From positions 69,192,001 to 69,256,000 of the forward strand of contig NC_043007.1 of the NCBI RefSeq assembly GCF_006345805.1: a stretch of 64,000 bases of DNA, written 5' to 3'. Positions 42,140-54,537 of the stretch are shown piece by piece. The notes beneath the pieces were generated by a model. It was not told the DNA's origin. It did no database searches and saw only the letters and a list, made by a program, of their open reading frames with translations. This DNA is from Octopus sinensis (lineage: Eukaryota). Each line of letters begins with the position of its first letter. Position 1 is the first letter of the stretch. The position numbers and the translations under genes are program-made.

Positions 42140-42900
42140 CACTACCTGTCCTTCCTGGCCAAAAGAATGTAGTGGGACTCAGCGGATAACCGAATACGTC
42201 CTGCACGCGACAGCAGCTGTTTGACATAAACCCACAAGTCAATAATGCTCGGGTGCTGGACGAAGACGTGCAGAGCAGTTTTATCTGGCTTGCGGCACTT
42301 CCACACCTGTAGATTTTATCCCAAACTACAATGCTCCTCGGTAGCACTGCCAGGCCAAAGATTTCTGGAAATTATCCGGTTCGGCTCTGACACGTAAGTC
42401 CACCGGAACAGACCAGTCAGCTCAATCTCGTCGACAACCAGAGTTTCCCCAAGAACATCGTAGCACTTTCCCGCCACAAACCCTCTATAGAACGCCTGAA
42501 TTGAACTTCTACTGACCACATTTCCCGACTAACAGAAGACTGTGAACTACTGACAACGCTCTAGGGTCCTTGCCTCGGTCTACCTTGATCCAGGACTGCA
42601 GCTTAGACAAAGAGACGAGCTGTGAAAAATCCTGCCTTACAAATCGCAACTCCACCTACTCACAGTCGGCGCATTTGTAGCCACGGCATGCTCAACCCTC
42701 CATTCAGAAGTAATTTGGGGCAAGGTGATAATACATTCGCCACCACTGTGGTAGGTTTCACTCAGACGATTTGGGGGTGAGATTGACCACCCTACCCAAT
42801 ACTTCGCCCAATTCTTCTCCACTTGGAGATCTGGACCAATCACTCCGCCCAGTGTTTCATGACGTCATCGGTGGCACAGACCTGCCTCTCCAGGTTGACG
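42140..42900 (+). mobile_element. GC-rich degenerate insert, possibly a Ty3/Gypsy gag remnant
   Basis: Markedly more GC-rich than the flanks. Pieces in several frames (RHKPS, LLTTL(W), LPRS..SLDK, C..FH..RRFG) loosely recall Gypsy gag and zinc-knuckle motifs. Confidence 0.35.
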
Positions 42901-42951
42901 CAGATGAGGTTGAAGTTGATGATAAAGCCCTGTTTATATTGGAGTCGAATA

Positions 42952-43306
42952 CGACGCCATATGCCCGTGGCAATTATGGAGTGAATTTTAGGGCTTATAC
43001 ATCTAATATGTTCTTATCCTTCCCAATACCGGTTCCTATATGCTACTCATATCTTCACTTGGTCTGCTTAAAAGGTTGTTGTGTACTCGCATATGTGCTG
43101 CTTCTTTTAGTTTTCGTATTTTCCAGTGGTGTTCTCTGTCTATTATTTCAACTTCATCCCACAGGGGGAAGTGGTCTCCATTATTCCATATATGATCAGC
43201 TATACCCGGTTTATCAATATCCCATGGTGTCACAGCTTTGCGATGTTCGTCTACCCTTGTTTTGAGGGGCGGCATGTTTCGCCTTTGTATAACCTAACGC
43301 AGCTGC
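42952..43306 (-). mobile_element. Penelope/Poseidon-like GIY-YIG C-terminal fragment (left arm of an inverted pair)
   Basis: CSCVRLYKGETCRP/LKTRVDEHRKAV..GIADHIWNNGDHFPLWDEVEIIDREHHWKIRKLKEAAH. Confidence 0.82.
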
Positions 43307-43650
43307 ATGAAGTTAAAATAATAGAGAGAGAACACCACTGGAAAATACGAAAACTAAAAGAAGCAGCACATATGCTAGGACACAACAACCTCCTAAGCAG
43401 ACCGACTGCAGATATGAGCAGCATATGGGAACCAGTATTAAGGAAGGATGGGAAAATGTTAGATCTATAAGCCCTAAAATTCACTCCATAAATGCCCACG
43501 GCTATATGGCGTAGAGGGTAAGAGCGCAGGCTACTAACCCCAAGATTCCAAGTTCGATTCTAGGCAGTGACCTAAATAATACTAATAATAATAACATCGA
43601 AAAATGCCTTAGGAATGAGAACCCATGTTCGAATATCCGTAAAGTGTGAA
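43307..43650 (+). mobile_element. Penelope 3' end (right arm): GIY-YIG C-terminus, stop, tRNA-like cassette, TAA run, deleted hammerhead module
   Basis: EVKIIEREHHWKIRKLKEAAHMLGHNNLLSRP, TAA at 43468-43470, tRNA-like sequence at 43500-43572, then CGAAAAATGCCTTAGGAATGAGAACCC. Confidence 0.8.
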
Positions 43651-43661
43651 TTATGTTATGG

Positions 43662-43696
<35 letters not shown>

Positions 43697-44044
43697 CACA
43701 CATACATATATATATATGTCCTGTCGAAAAGACGCTTGTCTGTGACGTCCTGTGTTTCTTATTATTATCATTATTGTTTTTACGTATTTTGTATTCTTAT
43801 TCGTGTAACACCGTCCATTTTCCCGTCCTTGTTTTGTATACATTTGAGGCTTTCTTCCAAGGAATCTAATGCGCTTGGCTTAGATTTTTCTTTGGGGCTG
43901 GCCAGGTCGGAGCAATCTCAAGATTAATCAGCCGAAATTGCGAGGATGATCCGGTTCTTGACTGAAGATTGAAGGCTTCGAATATCCCGTCCGTGTTTTT
44001 TGTATCGTCTTCTAAATGTTTTGCGTTCTTGTCCCAGTTTGTAT

Positions 44045-44153
<109 letters not shown>

Positions 44154-44904
44154 AGTGCGCGTGCGTGTGTATGTATTTAGGGTTAGGGCTATCTATCATG
44201 TAAGCGATAAATATAATTTAATATACACAATATTTCAACTTACAATTAGTTTTATGTTGTGAAAACTCAATAAACAGACAAGCATGTATAGCATGCCTTG
44301 CGTTTCCAATCTAACTTTTGAACTCAAATATGCAGCATGTCTAATCATTTTTGAAAAAGAAAAAGGATGCTAGTCCTTGAAAAATAAACGAGAAAAGGCG
44401 CTGGTCTTTGAGAAAATACGAGAAAGAATGAGAGGAAAGCAAAAGCAAAATGTGGAATGAAGAAACAAAGAGAAAAGAAATTCAAGAGCTATATCATTTT
44501 GCCCGTTTGAATCAATATGGTTAGTGTTCGAATCAGAATTTACATAGTTGGTGAAAATTAATTCAATTGGGAAAAAGTGAAAGTCTGTAAGACTACATGC
44601 CTAATCCGAAGAGTGCGGTATCCTCCAATTCAACAAAAGAAATATGTCCATATGTTTGCGTTTAAAAAAAAAAAAAAAATTCAGATTTAGATTTTAGTTG
44701 GTCTGTAGGATTCTTAGATCTAAAAAGTATATGAGATCTTTCGGCTGATCACAGCGTGCATCTCTTTGATCCATTAACGTATGGCGTGGATCACTCCGGG
44801 ATTTCAGTTGGCCTTGAAATCTCAGATAATGCTAACCAGCTTTGTGGTTTTCTTCTTATCTATGAGTCGGAAAGAAGACTGATGGTTTGTGTATATATGT
44901 ATAT

Positions 44905-45048
44905 ATAGCTTGCTTACCAACCACATGTTTCCGGGTTCAGTCCCACTGAATCGCACCTTGGGCAAGTGTCTTCTGTTATAGCCTCGGGCCAACCAAAGCC
45001 TTGTGGGTGGATTTGGTAGACGGAAACTGAAAGAAGCCTGTCGTAATA

Positions 45049-45085
<37 letters not shown>

Positions 45086-45310
45086 TTGATAGATAGATTT
45101 ATGTGTGTGCATATGTTTATGTGTCTGTGTTTGTCCCCCCAGCATCGCCTGACAACCGATGCTGGTGTGTTTTCGTCCCCGTAAAAGAGATCGATAGAAT
45201 AAGTACTAGGCTTACAAAGAATAAGTCCTCGGGTCGATTTGCTCGACTAAAGGCGGTGCTCCAGCGTGGCCACAGTCAAATGACTGAAACAAGTAAAAGA
45301 GTAAAAGAGT
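44905..45310 (+). mobile_element. SINE family B
   Basis: Matches 18273-18716. Confidence 0.87.
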
Positions 45311-46126
45311 ATACAATACAATATATAATATATGGTATATGATATACATATGTTTATATTGTTTGTGAGTGCCTGAATGTGTGTGTATGGTTATGTATGT
45401 ATGCTTGGGCGTATTTGCATTTATATTTGTCCCCACCTCACCAATTGAGAACCGGTGAGGGATTGTTTACGTTCACTTAAGTCAGTGGTCCAGCAGACAA
45501 AAAAAAAGACGATAAAATAATTATCAAAGTTTGTTCAACTAAACTACTTCAAGGAGCGGTGTCCGAGCACGGATGTAGTCTAATGATTAAAACAGTTAAA
45601 ATAATATAGGTATGCACACACACACACACACACTTGGAGACCGAAGAATTTGAAAATGATTTCCATGTTGCCTGTGCAATGCAACTGAAGAGATGAAGGG
45701 TGTATTATAAATTTTGCTTCAGCGAATTGCAAACGTCACAGAGATGCAAATAAAATCCGTCTGAAAGCTGGTATTTAGCGAATGAAGAGGCTTACCTTAC
45801 GAATTAAAATACGTTGAAAGATAACGCAACTGGCTCCATGCCAGATAGACCGTGTAGCCTTCAGGGGTTTCGTATGAAACAGAAAAAATAAATAAAGCAC
45901 AAACAGTATTTTTCATCTCTTTCAATATGTACATACACATGCATTATGCATTCAAATATATGTGTGTGTATGCGTGTATGTGCGTGTGAGTGTGAGTGTG
46001 AGTGTGTGTGTGTGTGTGTATGAGCGCGAGTGTGAATGCTTATATATACATATTCCATACGTACGCGCGCGTATGTATATATATATATATATATGTTTAC
46101 CCACACGCTCACACGTACAATATATA

Positions 46127-46310
46127 TCTATTATATAAAATCCGTTCTGTGTGTGTGTGTGTGTGTGTGTCTTCTAGGATCTCGGGCATCCTCCATCCGA
46201 TTGCGCTCAAATCTGATATGTAGATACCGACGGTATCAGGGCGTGTATAAGTCTTGAAAAAATGACAAAAATCTATTCCAGGTGAGAATGCGATCGATAA
46301 AGTGAATAAA
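46127..46310 (+). mobile_element. 5' part of a Helitron-like element (same family as 19096-19652)
   Basis: A|TCTATTATATAAAATCCGTTCTG..TCTTCTAGGATCTCGGGCA..GGCGTGTATAAGTCTTGA matches the reverse complement of about 19480-19652. Confidence 0.65.
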
Positions 46311-47707
46311 ATCGTTTTTCTTCTTTTGCTGGTGTCTCAAATTTATGTTAAATCAGTGTTTCTCAAAGGGGAGGCAAGTTGTTTTGAGAAAAGTTTGTTT
46401 AAATGTTTGGCAACCCAGCACCGTCCATTGGACGGGGGCGTTTTGCTCGTATATATATATATATATTATTTCTCCCTCTAAATATATACACACGCATACT
46501 TTCATTTATTTATATAATATATATATATATATATATATAAGCCATATAATATTTATGTGCGCGTATATGTGCGTGAGTTTGTATGTGTATGTCTCAAACT
46601 TACATCTCTCTCTCAGTCTGACCAACATTATACAATATCACACACACACAAACACACACACACACACTCACTCACTCACTCACATTCACAGAATGGTAAG
46701 AGTTCTAGCAATGAATGGAAGACGTTTCATATGTGGGTTTTTTTACAGATATGAAAATTTTACTGGAGAAATCGAAAATTTATTTCAGTTTTTTTTTAAT
46801 GAGAGAGAGCTACGGGATCTTTGGATGTTTTACTTATTTATTTATTTAATTATTTATTTGTACATCTAATTATTTATTTCTGTATTCATCTACCTATCTT
46901 TCATTGGAAGACTGAAAGCTTGTTACAGAGAGTGTGCATAAAACCATTAAACCCTATGGCTTTCCCATGTATTAATCGATACTTAATCTGCTAAAGATAC
47001 AGGCAATTAAAATGCTATTGCAAATTTTATTCACTTGCCACAACATATTTTGAAGAACTCCGTGCTTCACCCAAATACTGATTTCAAATTTTGGCACAAG
47101 GTCAGCATTTTCGACTTCAGTGTTTAACAGGTATTATTTTATGGACGAAAGTCAACCTCGGTGAAATTTGAAGCCAGAACGTAAAGATGGAGGCAAAGCC
47201 GCTATGCATTTTGCCCGGCGTACTTGCGATTCTGCCAGTTTACCGCCTTGTTTCATCCAAATATTTCATACCGTATCGGTGGACAATGCGCTGTTTTTGA
47301 TAACATAAAAGTTGTACGAGCATATTAGATGCATCCCAATTTCAGCAAGAGAAAATGTTTGGAGAGTATTCAAGCATTATAGAGCCCAATTTCGTAAATA
47401 GGATCTAGGACGGTTTTTTGAAAGATTATTGGTTGAAAAACAATGCGTCTTATATGCCATCAGATACAGTGTGCCCTGGCCGATAAAATGTGAAACTAAC
47501 TTTGGCAGGATTTGAACTCAGAATGAGTAAATGCATGGCCATATGGTTAAGATGGTTGAGATGATCGCTTTGCAATCATGTGATTTCGGGTTCAATCCTA
47601 CAGCGTGCTTTGTTATATGATTTAATTCAATAAGCAGTAAAAAGAAATACGTTCATTTATAAGATTTCTCATTAACATTTTTCGTCTGTCATTTGTGATA
47701 TATACAT

Positions 47708-47745
<38 letters not shown>

Positions 47746-47764
47746 GCATATATGTACACATACT

Positions 47765-47942
47765 CTTTTATTCTTTTACTTGTTTCAGTCATCTGACTGT
47801 GGCCATGCTAGAGCACTACCTTAGAGGGTTTTTAATCGAAGAAATCGATCCCAGGACTTATTCTATCGGCCGCTTTTGCCGAACCGCTAAGTTAAAGGGT
47901 TGTCAAACCACGGCATGGGTACAAACACAGACACAAAGACAG

Positions 47943-47975
<33 letters not shown>

Positions 47976-48190
47976 TGAGTGTGTGTGTGTGTGTTTGTGT
48001 ATTTGTGTGTACGTGTGTATGTGTGTGTGTGAGTGTGTGTGTATGTGTGTGACGGGCTTCTTTTAGTTTCAGTCCACCAAATCCACTCACGAGGCTATAG
48101 TGGAAGACACTTGCTGAAGGTGTCACGCAGTGGGACTGAACCCGGGACCATGTGGTTGAGAAGCAAGCTTCCTACCACACAGCCACTTCT
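47765..48190 (-). mobile_element. SINE family B
   Basis: Reverse-complement copy with internal microsatellite. Confidence 0.85.
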
Positions 48191-49352
48191 GCACCCACCC
48201 AAATCCAACACACACACACAGCGTATGTGTTTTGTTTATACGACCAATTGTTGCTGGATAGCATCCTGGAAAAGCTCTGCGCATGACGTTGAGTATTAAG
48301 GAACGTTAAGTGTCCCAGACCCGGCGAGACAATTCAACTCGAGATTATTAAGAAGTCGATATTTCGCCATTGATATGGCTCCTCAGTACCATATACTCGA
48401 AGGATCGGGAAACGAAGTGAATCGTTTGTCTGGAACATATATGCAAATAGTGTGAAGTCTATTTGCTGATGTGCTGCGGTGCAACACATGTGAATCCCAC
48501 AATTTATCACACACACGAGCGTGCGCGCACCCATACAAATAGGCTTTCCTCGTATTTTGTTTTTTTTAATGATAACAGGCAGTTTCAAGTTGTGAGTACA
48601 AAGGTCACAGACATGACCTTTCAGTTGAATTACTGACATCCGTCCCCCATCCCCACTCCGCTCCTCGAACAATATATTACATAAAACTCACTTCATTCAG
48701 TTTAAACCTTCATTACACGGGGGGGGGGCGAGGAAAGAAGAGGAGAAAAGAGGGAAGAGAAAGGAGGAATAAACGGAGGAGAAGGGCAACGGAGAAAGGA
48801 GGAAGAAAAAGAGGAGGAGGAGAAGGAGAAGGCGGAGGAGTAGAAAGGAGGAAAGTGAGGGGAGACGGAAAGAGAGAGAGAGGAAAGGGAGCAGCAGCAG
48901 TAGTAGAATTAGTAGAAGTAATAGCAGGAGTAGTAGTAGTAGTTGTGGTAGCGGTGGTGGTGGTAGTAGTAGTAGTTGTCCAGTAATCCGGATTCTTAAG
49001 AGAGAGTCGACTAAATCTGTAGTAACGCGTTTTGTGTGATGAACCAAGAAATTTTTAATTATCAAAATTACGCTTGCAGAGAGGAAGATATATAACAAAA
49101 AAAAAAAAGAAAAAATTAATTAGCGTAGCATTAATTAACTCTGGTCAAGTAGAATAACAAACCCGAAAAATTAATTGAAATAACATTAATTAAAATATAA
49201 TGCGGTCGTGTAACTGGTAGTGTTCTGTGAACTCTGACAGTTATAATTCTGAATTATAAAATGTAATGGAGGCCCTGTCCGAATCCACTCCTGTTCTTAT
49301 ATTCCTAAAATACCATTTTTTATTCTAATATATTTTTATTATAAATCCGACT

Positions 49353-49920
49353 AAGGCGGCGAGCTGGTAGAAACGTTAGTACGCGGGCGATATTTCGTCT
49401 GCCGTTTCGATCTGAGTTCAAATTCCGCCGAGGTCGACTTTGCCTTTCATCCTTTCGGGATCGATAAATTAAGTACCAGTTACGCACTGGGGTCGATATA
49501 ATCGACTTAATCCGTTTGTCTGTTCTTGTTTGTCCTTTCTGTGTTTAACCCCTTGTGGGTAGTAAAGAAATAGGTATTTCGTCTACCGCTATTCTGAGTT
49601 CAAATTTCGCCGAGGTCGACTTTGCCTTTCATCCTTTCGGGGTCGATTAAATAAGTACCAGTTACGCACTGGGGTCGATATAATCGACTTAATCCGTTTG
49701 TCTGTCCTTGTTTGTCCCCTCTATGTTTAGCCCCTTGTGGGTAGTAAAGAAATAGGTATTTCGTCCGTCTTAGAGTTCTGATTTCAAATTCCGTCGAGGT
49801 CGACTTTGTCCCTCATCCTTTTGAGGTCGATAAAAAAAGTTCCAGTGGAACACTGCATTTAATGTAATCAACGTAAATTGATTACATTAAATTGCTGGCT
49901 TTGTGGTCAAACTTGGAACC
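49353..49920 (+). mobile_element. Tandem trimer of family A SINE (one full unit, two headless units)
   Basis: The junction TAAAGAAATAG|GTATTTCGTC recurs at about 49574 and 49755. Confidence 0.88.
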
Positions 49921-50629
49921 AATATATTTTTACCATATGTCTCATTAAGGTAGTGAGTTTCCAGAATTATTAGCACGCCGGGCAAAATGCTTAGCGGCAA
50001 TACGTTCGAATTTACGTTCAGAATTCGAATTCAAATGCTGCCGAAATCAACTTTACTTTTCCTCCTTTCGGAGTTGATAAAATAATCACTTGAGCACTGT
50101 GTATGTATGTGTGTGTGTGTGTGTGGGGGGGTGATGCAATCGAGGTTTCCCTTCCCCCCCAAATTGCTGGCCTTGTACCAAAGTGTGAAACCATTATTAC
50201 TTAGAAACAGATGCATCAGGTTTCTCAGTTTCCGTTTAGCATATCCACTCACAAAACCTTTGGTCGGCCCAGAACTATAGAACGCACTATAGAACCTAAG
50301 TTGCCGTACTGTGGGACTGAAACCAACAACACATGGTTGCGAAGCAAATTTCTTAATCTATGTCCCCTCACCCCCACCGCTCTTAAATTTCTAGGTAGAT
50401 ATTAACATCAAACGGTTATGATGAATGGATATCAGCCGTAGAGATAAACATCCCTATCTCAGAGGGACTCCCAAGGATTAAGGCGACTGCCCTTATCTTT
50501 GATTATATTATTAAAAAAAAAAAAAATTAAGGCTACAACAAGCGCCTTAAAAAATTCTTTTTTTTTAAAGTATTGGATTTCTCTGGAATTGGCTCTTTGC
50601 ATGTGTGTGTGTGTGTGTGTGTAAGTGAA

Positions 50630-50990
50630 TTTGTGCCGTGGCTATTACTACAAGGTTGCTTCCCAAACGCATGGTTCTGAGTTCAGTCCCACTGCATGAC
50701 ACCTTCAGTAACTGTCTCCTACCATATCTTCTGACGGATGCAAAGCCTTGTGAGTGGATTTGGTTGACATAAACTGAAAGAAGCTCATCGTATGTTTGTG
50801 TGTGTGTGTGTGGTGTGTGTGTGTGTGTTGTGTGTGTGTGTTCGTCCCCCACTACCATTTGACAACCGGCGTTTGTGTGCTTAAGTCTCCGTAACTTAGC
50901 AGTCGATTCATTCGACTAAAATTTTCCAAGGCTGTGCCCTAGCATGGCTGCAGTCTGATGACTGAAACAAGTAAAAGATACAAGATAAAA
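50630..50990 (+). mobile_element. SINE family B, degenerate
   Basis: Family B head, microsatellite and tail. Confidence 0.78.
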
Positions 50991-51018
50991 GACGCGCACA
51001 CACACACACGCACGCACG

Positions 51019-51090
<72 letters not shown>

Positions 51091-51803
51091 AACATAAAGC
51101 GTGATTCCTGACCCTTTGTGAAATTCTTGTGAAATTTCTGTACTTGCCGACGCTTTATTATGAATGTGTATGTATACTGAGTTCTAACACTAGGTTATTA
51201 CAGTAAGGCTATGCGCATGTGAAATTCTAATATACTCCACACACTAACTCACACACACACACACAGATGTTTGGTAGGTGCCTCTGATAGAAAGTTTTCA
51301 CTTTGGAGTATCTTCTACCGCTTACATAAAAATGCACGCGTGTATTTGTTTAAGTGTGTGTAAGTATGTATGAGTGAGTGAATGAGTGTGTGTGTGTGTG
51401 TGTGTGTGTGAGTGTGTGTGTGTTTGTGTGTGCGCGCGCGCATGTGTGTGTGGTTATACAAGTTACTATCCCTTGTTTTCTGTATCCATTTGGAACGACA
51501 GCATTGGCTGCTTCTCCACAATAGAACATCAAGGGTGCGAACTAGCAGAATTGTTAGCGCACCGGACAAAATGTTAGTGGCACTTCTTCCGGCTTTACGT
51601 TCTGATTTCAAATGCCGCTGAGGTCGACCTTGCTTTTCATCCTTCGGGCTTCAGGTATGACTGATTCCATCAGTCCAGAAGCCTGAAGGAGTCAAGCTCC
51701 CGCTAGTGGCCTGCGAAACTTGAAGCAGAACGAAACGAATCAAACTGTTTTAAATAACGCATGTAACGCCTAGTGTGTTCAGTGCCCTTTTCTTTCGTTT
51801 GTC

Positions 51804-51857
<54 letters not shown>

Positions 51858-52149
51858 CTTCGAAACACGCTGGAGTTGAACTAGGGACAGCTGATGAAGG
51901 GGAATTTTCCTTGTGTAGTTTGTCTTGTACTCTGTTTTTTCGTTGTTAAAAAAGGTTCGTTTCCATGTTTGTTTTTACGTTTTCGTTTCTCGTTGAGTTC
52001 TGCATCTATTTGTGGAGTCCTGTACTCACGTATATATATTTATATATGCATGTATATATACATGTAGATGTAGGTACGTACATATATGTATGTATGTATG
52101 CATATATTTTATTTATTACACTATATATATATATACATATATATATATA

Positions 52150-52587
52150 CTAGCAGTATAGTCCGGCGTTGCTCGGGTTTGTTTTTTAGTTGCGCTTAAA
52201 ACGGCAGACTTTGATGTCGCGTTAACAAAGTTTTGACATAGTTTCGATCTTTTTTAAAAATTAAAAATTTTACATGATGTAGCTTGTTATTCTCTTTAAG
52301 TGAACATTTTTCTGATTGAAATATACTGAAAAATGGCGACACGGCAATAAAAAATCGTAAAAAATAGGGATTTTCATAGAAAAATAGCACCTTTTTGATG
52401 TAAATAATTTTTGGTCTTAACATGGTTTGATTTGAATTTTTTTCTTCTACGGAATGAAGAGTAAGCCTTCTTCTATCATACTTTCAATTTTTGTCAACTT
52501 GCACCGCAAGGTCTCGGAGGAGATAGTGTTCGTTGAAGGCTACCAAACCTGCCGTACACACACAGACTTCAGCTTTATATGTATAGA
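52150..52587 (-). mobile_element. Complete non-autonomous Helitron
   Basis: Minus strand A|TC...CCCGAGCAACGCCGG (hairpin)..ACTGCTAG|T. It has 5' TC, a subterminal hairpin, 3' CTAG, an AT target and no TSD. Sister copy at 60716-61105. Confidence 0.85.
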
Positions 52588-52686
52588 TATATATCTTTAG
52601 TTGAAATTTACATTAAAAAAAAAACGAAGGCAGGTGTATAAACAACAAGCAAGTGTATTAGTTTGACGTTCGGGAAAGTGAAAAAG

Positions 52687-52723
52687 TCTATTACGTTTCG
52701 ACCCTACGCTCTTCAACAGAAAG
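52687..52723 (-). ncRNA. Minimal type I hammerhead-like motif with CUGUUGA core variant
   Basis: Minus TCTTT-CTGTTGA-A-GAGC(GTAG)GGTC-GAAA-CG-TA-ATAGA. Stems I and II each have one mismatch, stem III is palindromic ACGT and the cleavage triplet is GUA. Confidence 0.45.
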
Positions 52724-53894
52724 AAATACAAGAAATAAACAGAGAGAGAATAATAATAAAAAAACTTGTGGATCTAGCGATCAATCATGGCGAGATTATA
52801 TCCAAAAGTTAAAGGAACGGAGTAGATAAAATCCGGACTATATGTGTTTCATAGCAAGCGGAACCTCGAAGTGGTAAATATCCACGCAAGGTGTATACCG
52901 CAGGTCAAACGTATCTTGATTAAATGAAGTTAACATTGTCAATCAGAACCCTCCGTGTGTTAGCATTATAACTTTCTTGAATCAGAGTTCACTCTTTCGT
53001 ACATTTAAAAGAAAATTGATCTTTTAATTTTAAAAATTTTATTTATTCACGCGCTGCATATTCATAAGAAGGAGAATATAATGAAACGTGGTAGCTTTTC
53101 TTCATGTTTTTGTAAGATGTGAAACGATAAATGTTGTTAACCAGACGGTTAAGAAGTTCGCTTGCAATGAGGAAGTTCCAGGTTCGGTCTCACAATGTGG
53201 CATTTTGGGTAACTGCATTTTTATCAAGGCCTCGGTTACTCACAATCCTTATGAATGAAATTTGAGTTGACGGAAACTGTACAAAATCTCTCGTCAAATT
53301 GATTATACTTGTAATTCGAATGAAACAGCCGTGTCATACACTCAGTCTCAGCATTGTGTCTATTTGAGAATTACGTTAAGGGCATACATGATTGCGGGTT
53401 ACTCAGTCATCTGCATACTATTCTAATTCAACGAGTTTGCTATTCTGTTGATCGAACAACTGATTTATTCATCGCTGAAAGTGGTGGAGAACCATTTCTC
53501 GACGTATAGCCCGCTACCACCTCCATAGCAGAACTATAATTATGACCAAATGTGTTCCAGTCGTGAGCATCTCATTTATTTTACCAGACATAATGCATCC
53601 GGGATTACATTTTTCAACATCTCCTAAAATGGGAAACATACAGGTTAGTTAGCATGCCGGATAAAATGCTTAACAGCATTTCTTCTGGCTTTATATTCTG
53701 AATAATTCAAAATTTCCAGTGGTCGATTTTACACTTCATCCTTTTGGGGTCGTTAACATAAAGTACCAGTCGAAAATTTACTGGTCTTGTACCCTTTGGG
53801 TTCGATAACGTAAAGCGTCAGTCAAAAATTGTTGGCTGTGTGCCAAAATTTGGTAGATTTAATATATCTAGTGCCGTTTTTAAAGATAACTGAA

Positions 53895-54300
53895 ATTGGT
53901 AAAGATGCTATTTTCAAGTCGGTTTTAGTGCTTATCTTCAACTATTGTCATGAGCGTTGGATAATGACCGAAAACGTGCGATCGCGAATGCAAGTGGCCG
54001 AAATGGGTTTTTCCAAAGGATCACTGGAGTAACGTTACACGACAGGGTGCGAAGTTCGGAAATCAGTATGTCTTTCCAGCTCGATCCGCTACTTCTCCGC
54101 ATTGAGAGGTCACAGTTCCAGTTCTACAGGCATGTGATTAGAATGCAGCAGGAAAGAATCGCAAGACGGATTCTTGAAGATGAACCAACCGACAGGAGAC
54201 CAAGAACGAGATGGTTGTATAATATTCATAGTCTCGGTAGGTCATGTTTAGGAATCCAGCCGGTAAGTCTAACGACGGTGGCTACTATTAGAACCCCATG
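53895..54300 (+). mobile_element. RTE-clade LINE, RT C-terminal fragment
   Basis: AIFKSVLV.I.NY.HE.W.MTENVRSRMQVAEMGF / RITGVTLHDRVRSSEI..PLLLRIERSQ..HV.RM.QER..RPRTRW. Confidence 0.82.
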
Positions 54301-54537
54301 AAGGTGGTATCACAGGAGAAGCTAGGAGGAGGATGGAGGACGTGATGTGAAGGACATTTTATATCTAACTCTTTAAGTTCGGGCATAAATAGCAAGTCTA
54401 TTCATGCGGGACGCAAATAAAGAAGAAAATACAAGGTGATAATCAATCAAATAGCTTATAATGCGAATGTGACGAATTGCTTATAATGCATGTTGTGTCA
54501 ATAAACCACGCTCAGCCTAAAAATGGTTAACTACTCT

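Noticed and set aside
48334-48672. 112-aa minus-strand ORF as Wnt2 exon 1
   Set aside because: No signal-peptide character and no phase-compatible donor found.
51885-51930. GGACAG-CTGATGA-AGGGGAATTTTCCTT
   Set aside because: No GAAA after the putative stem II, so it is not a complete hammerhead.
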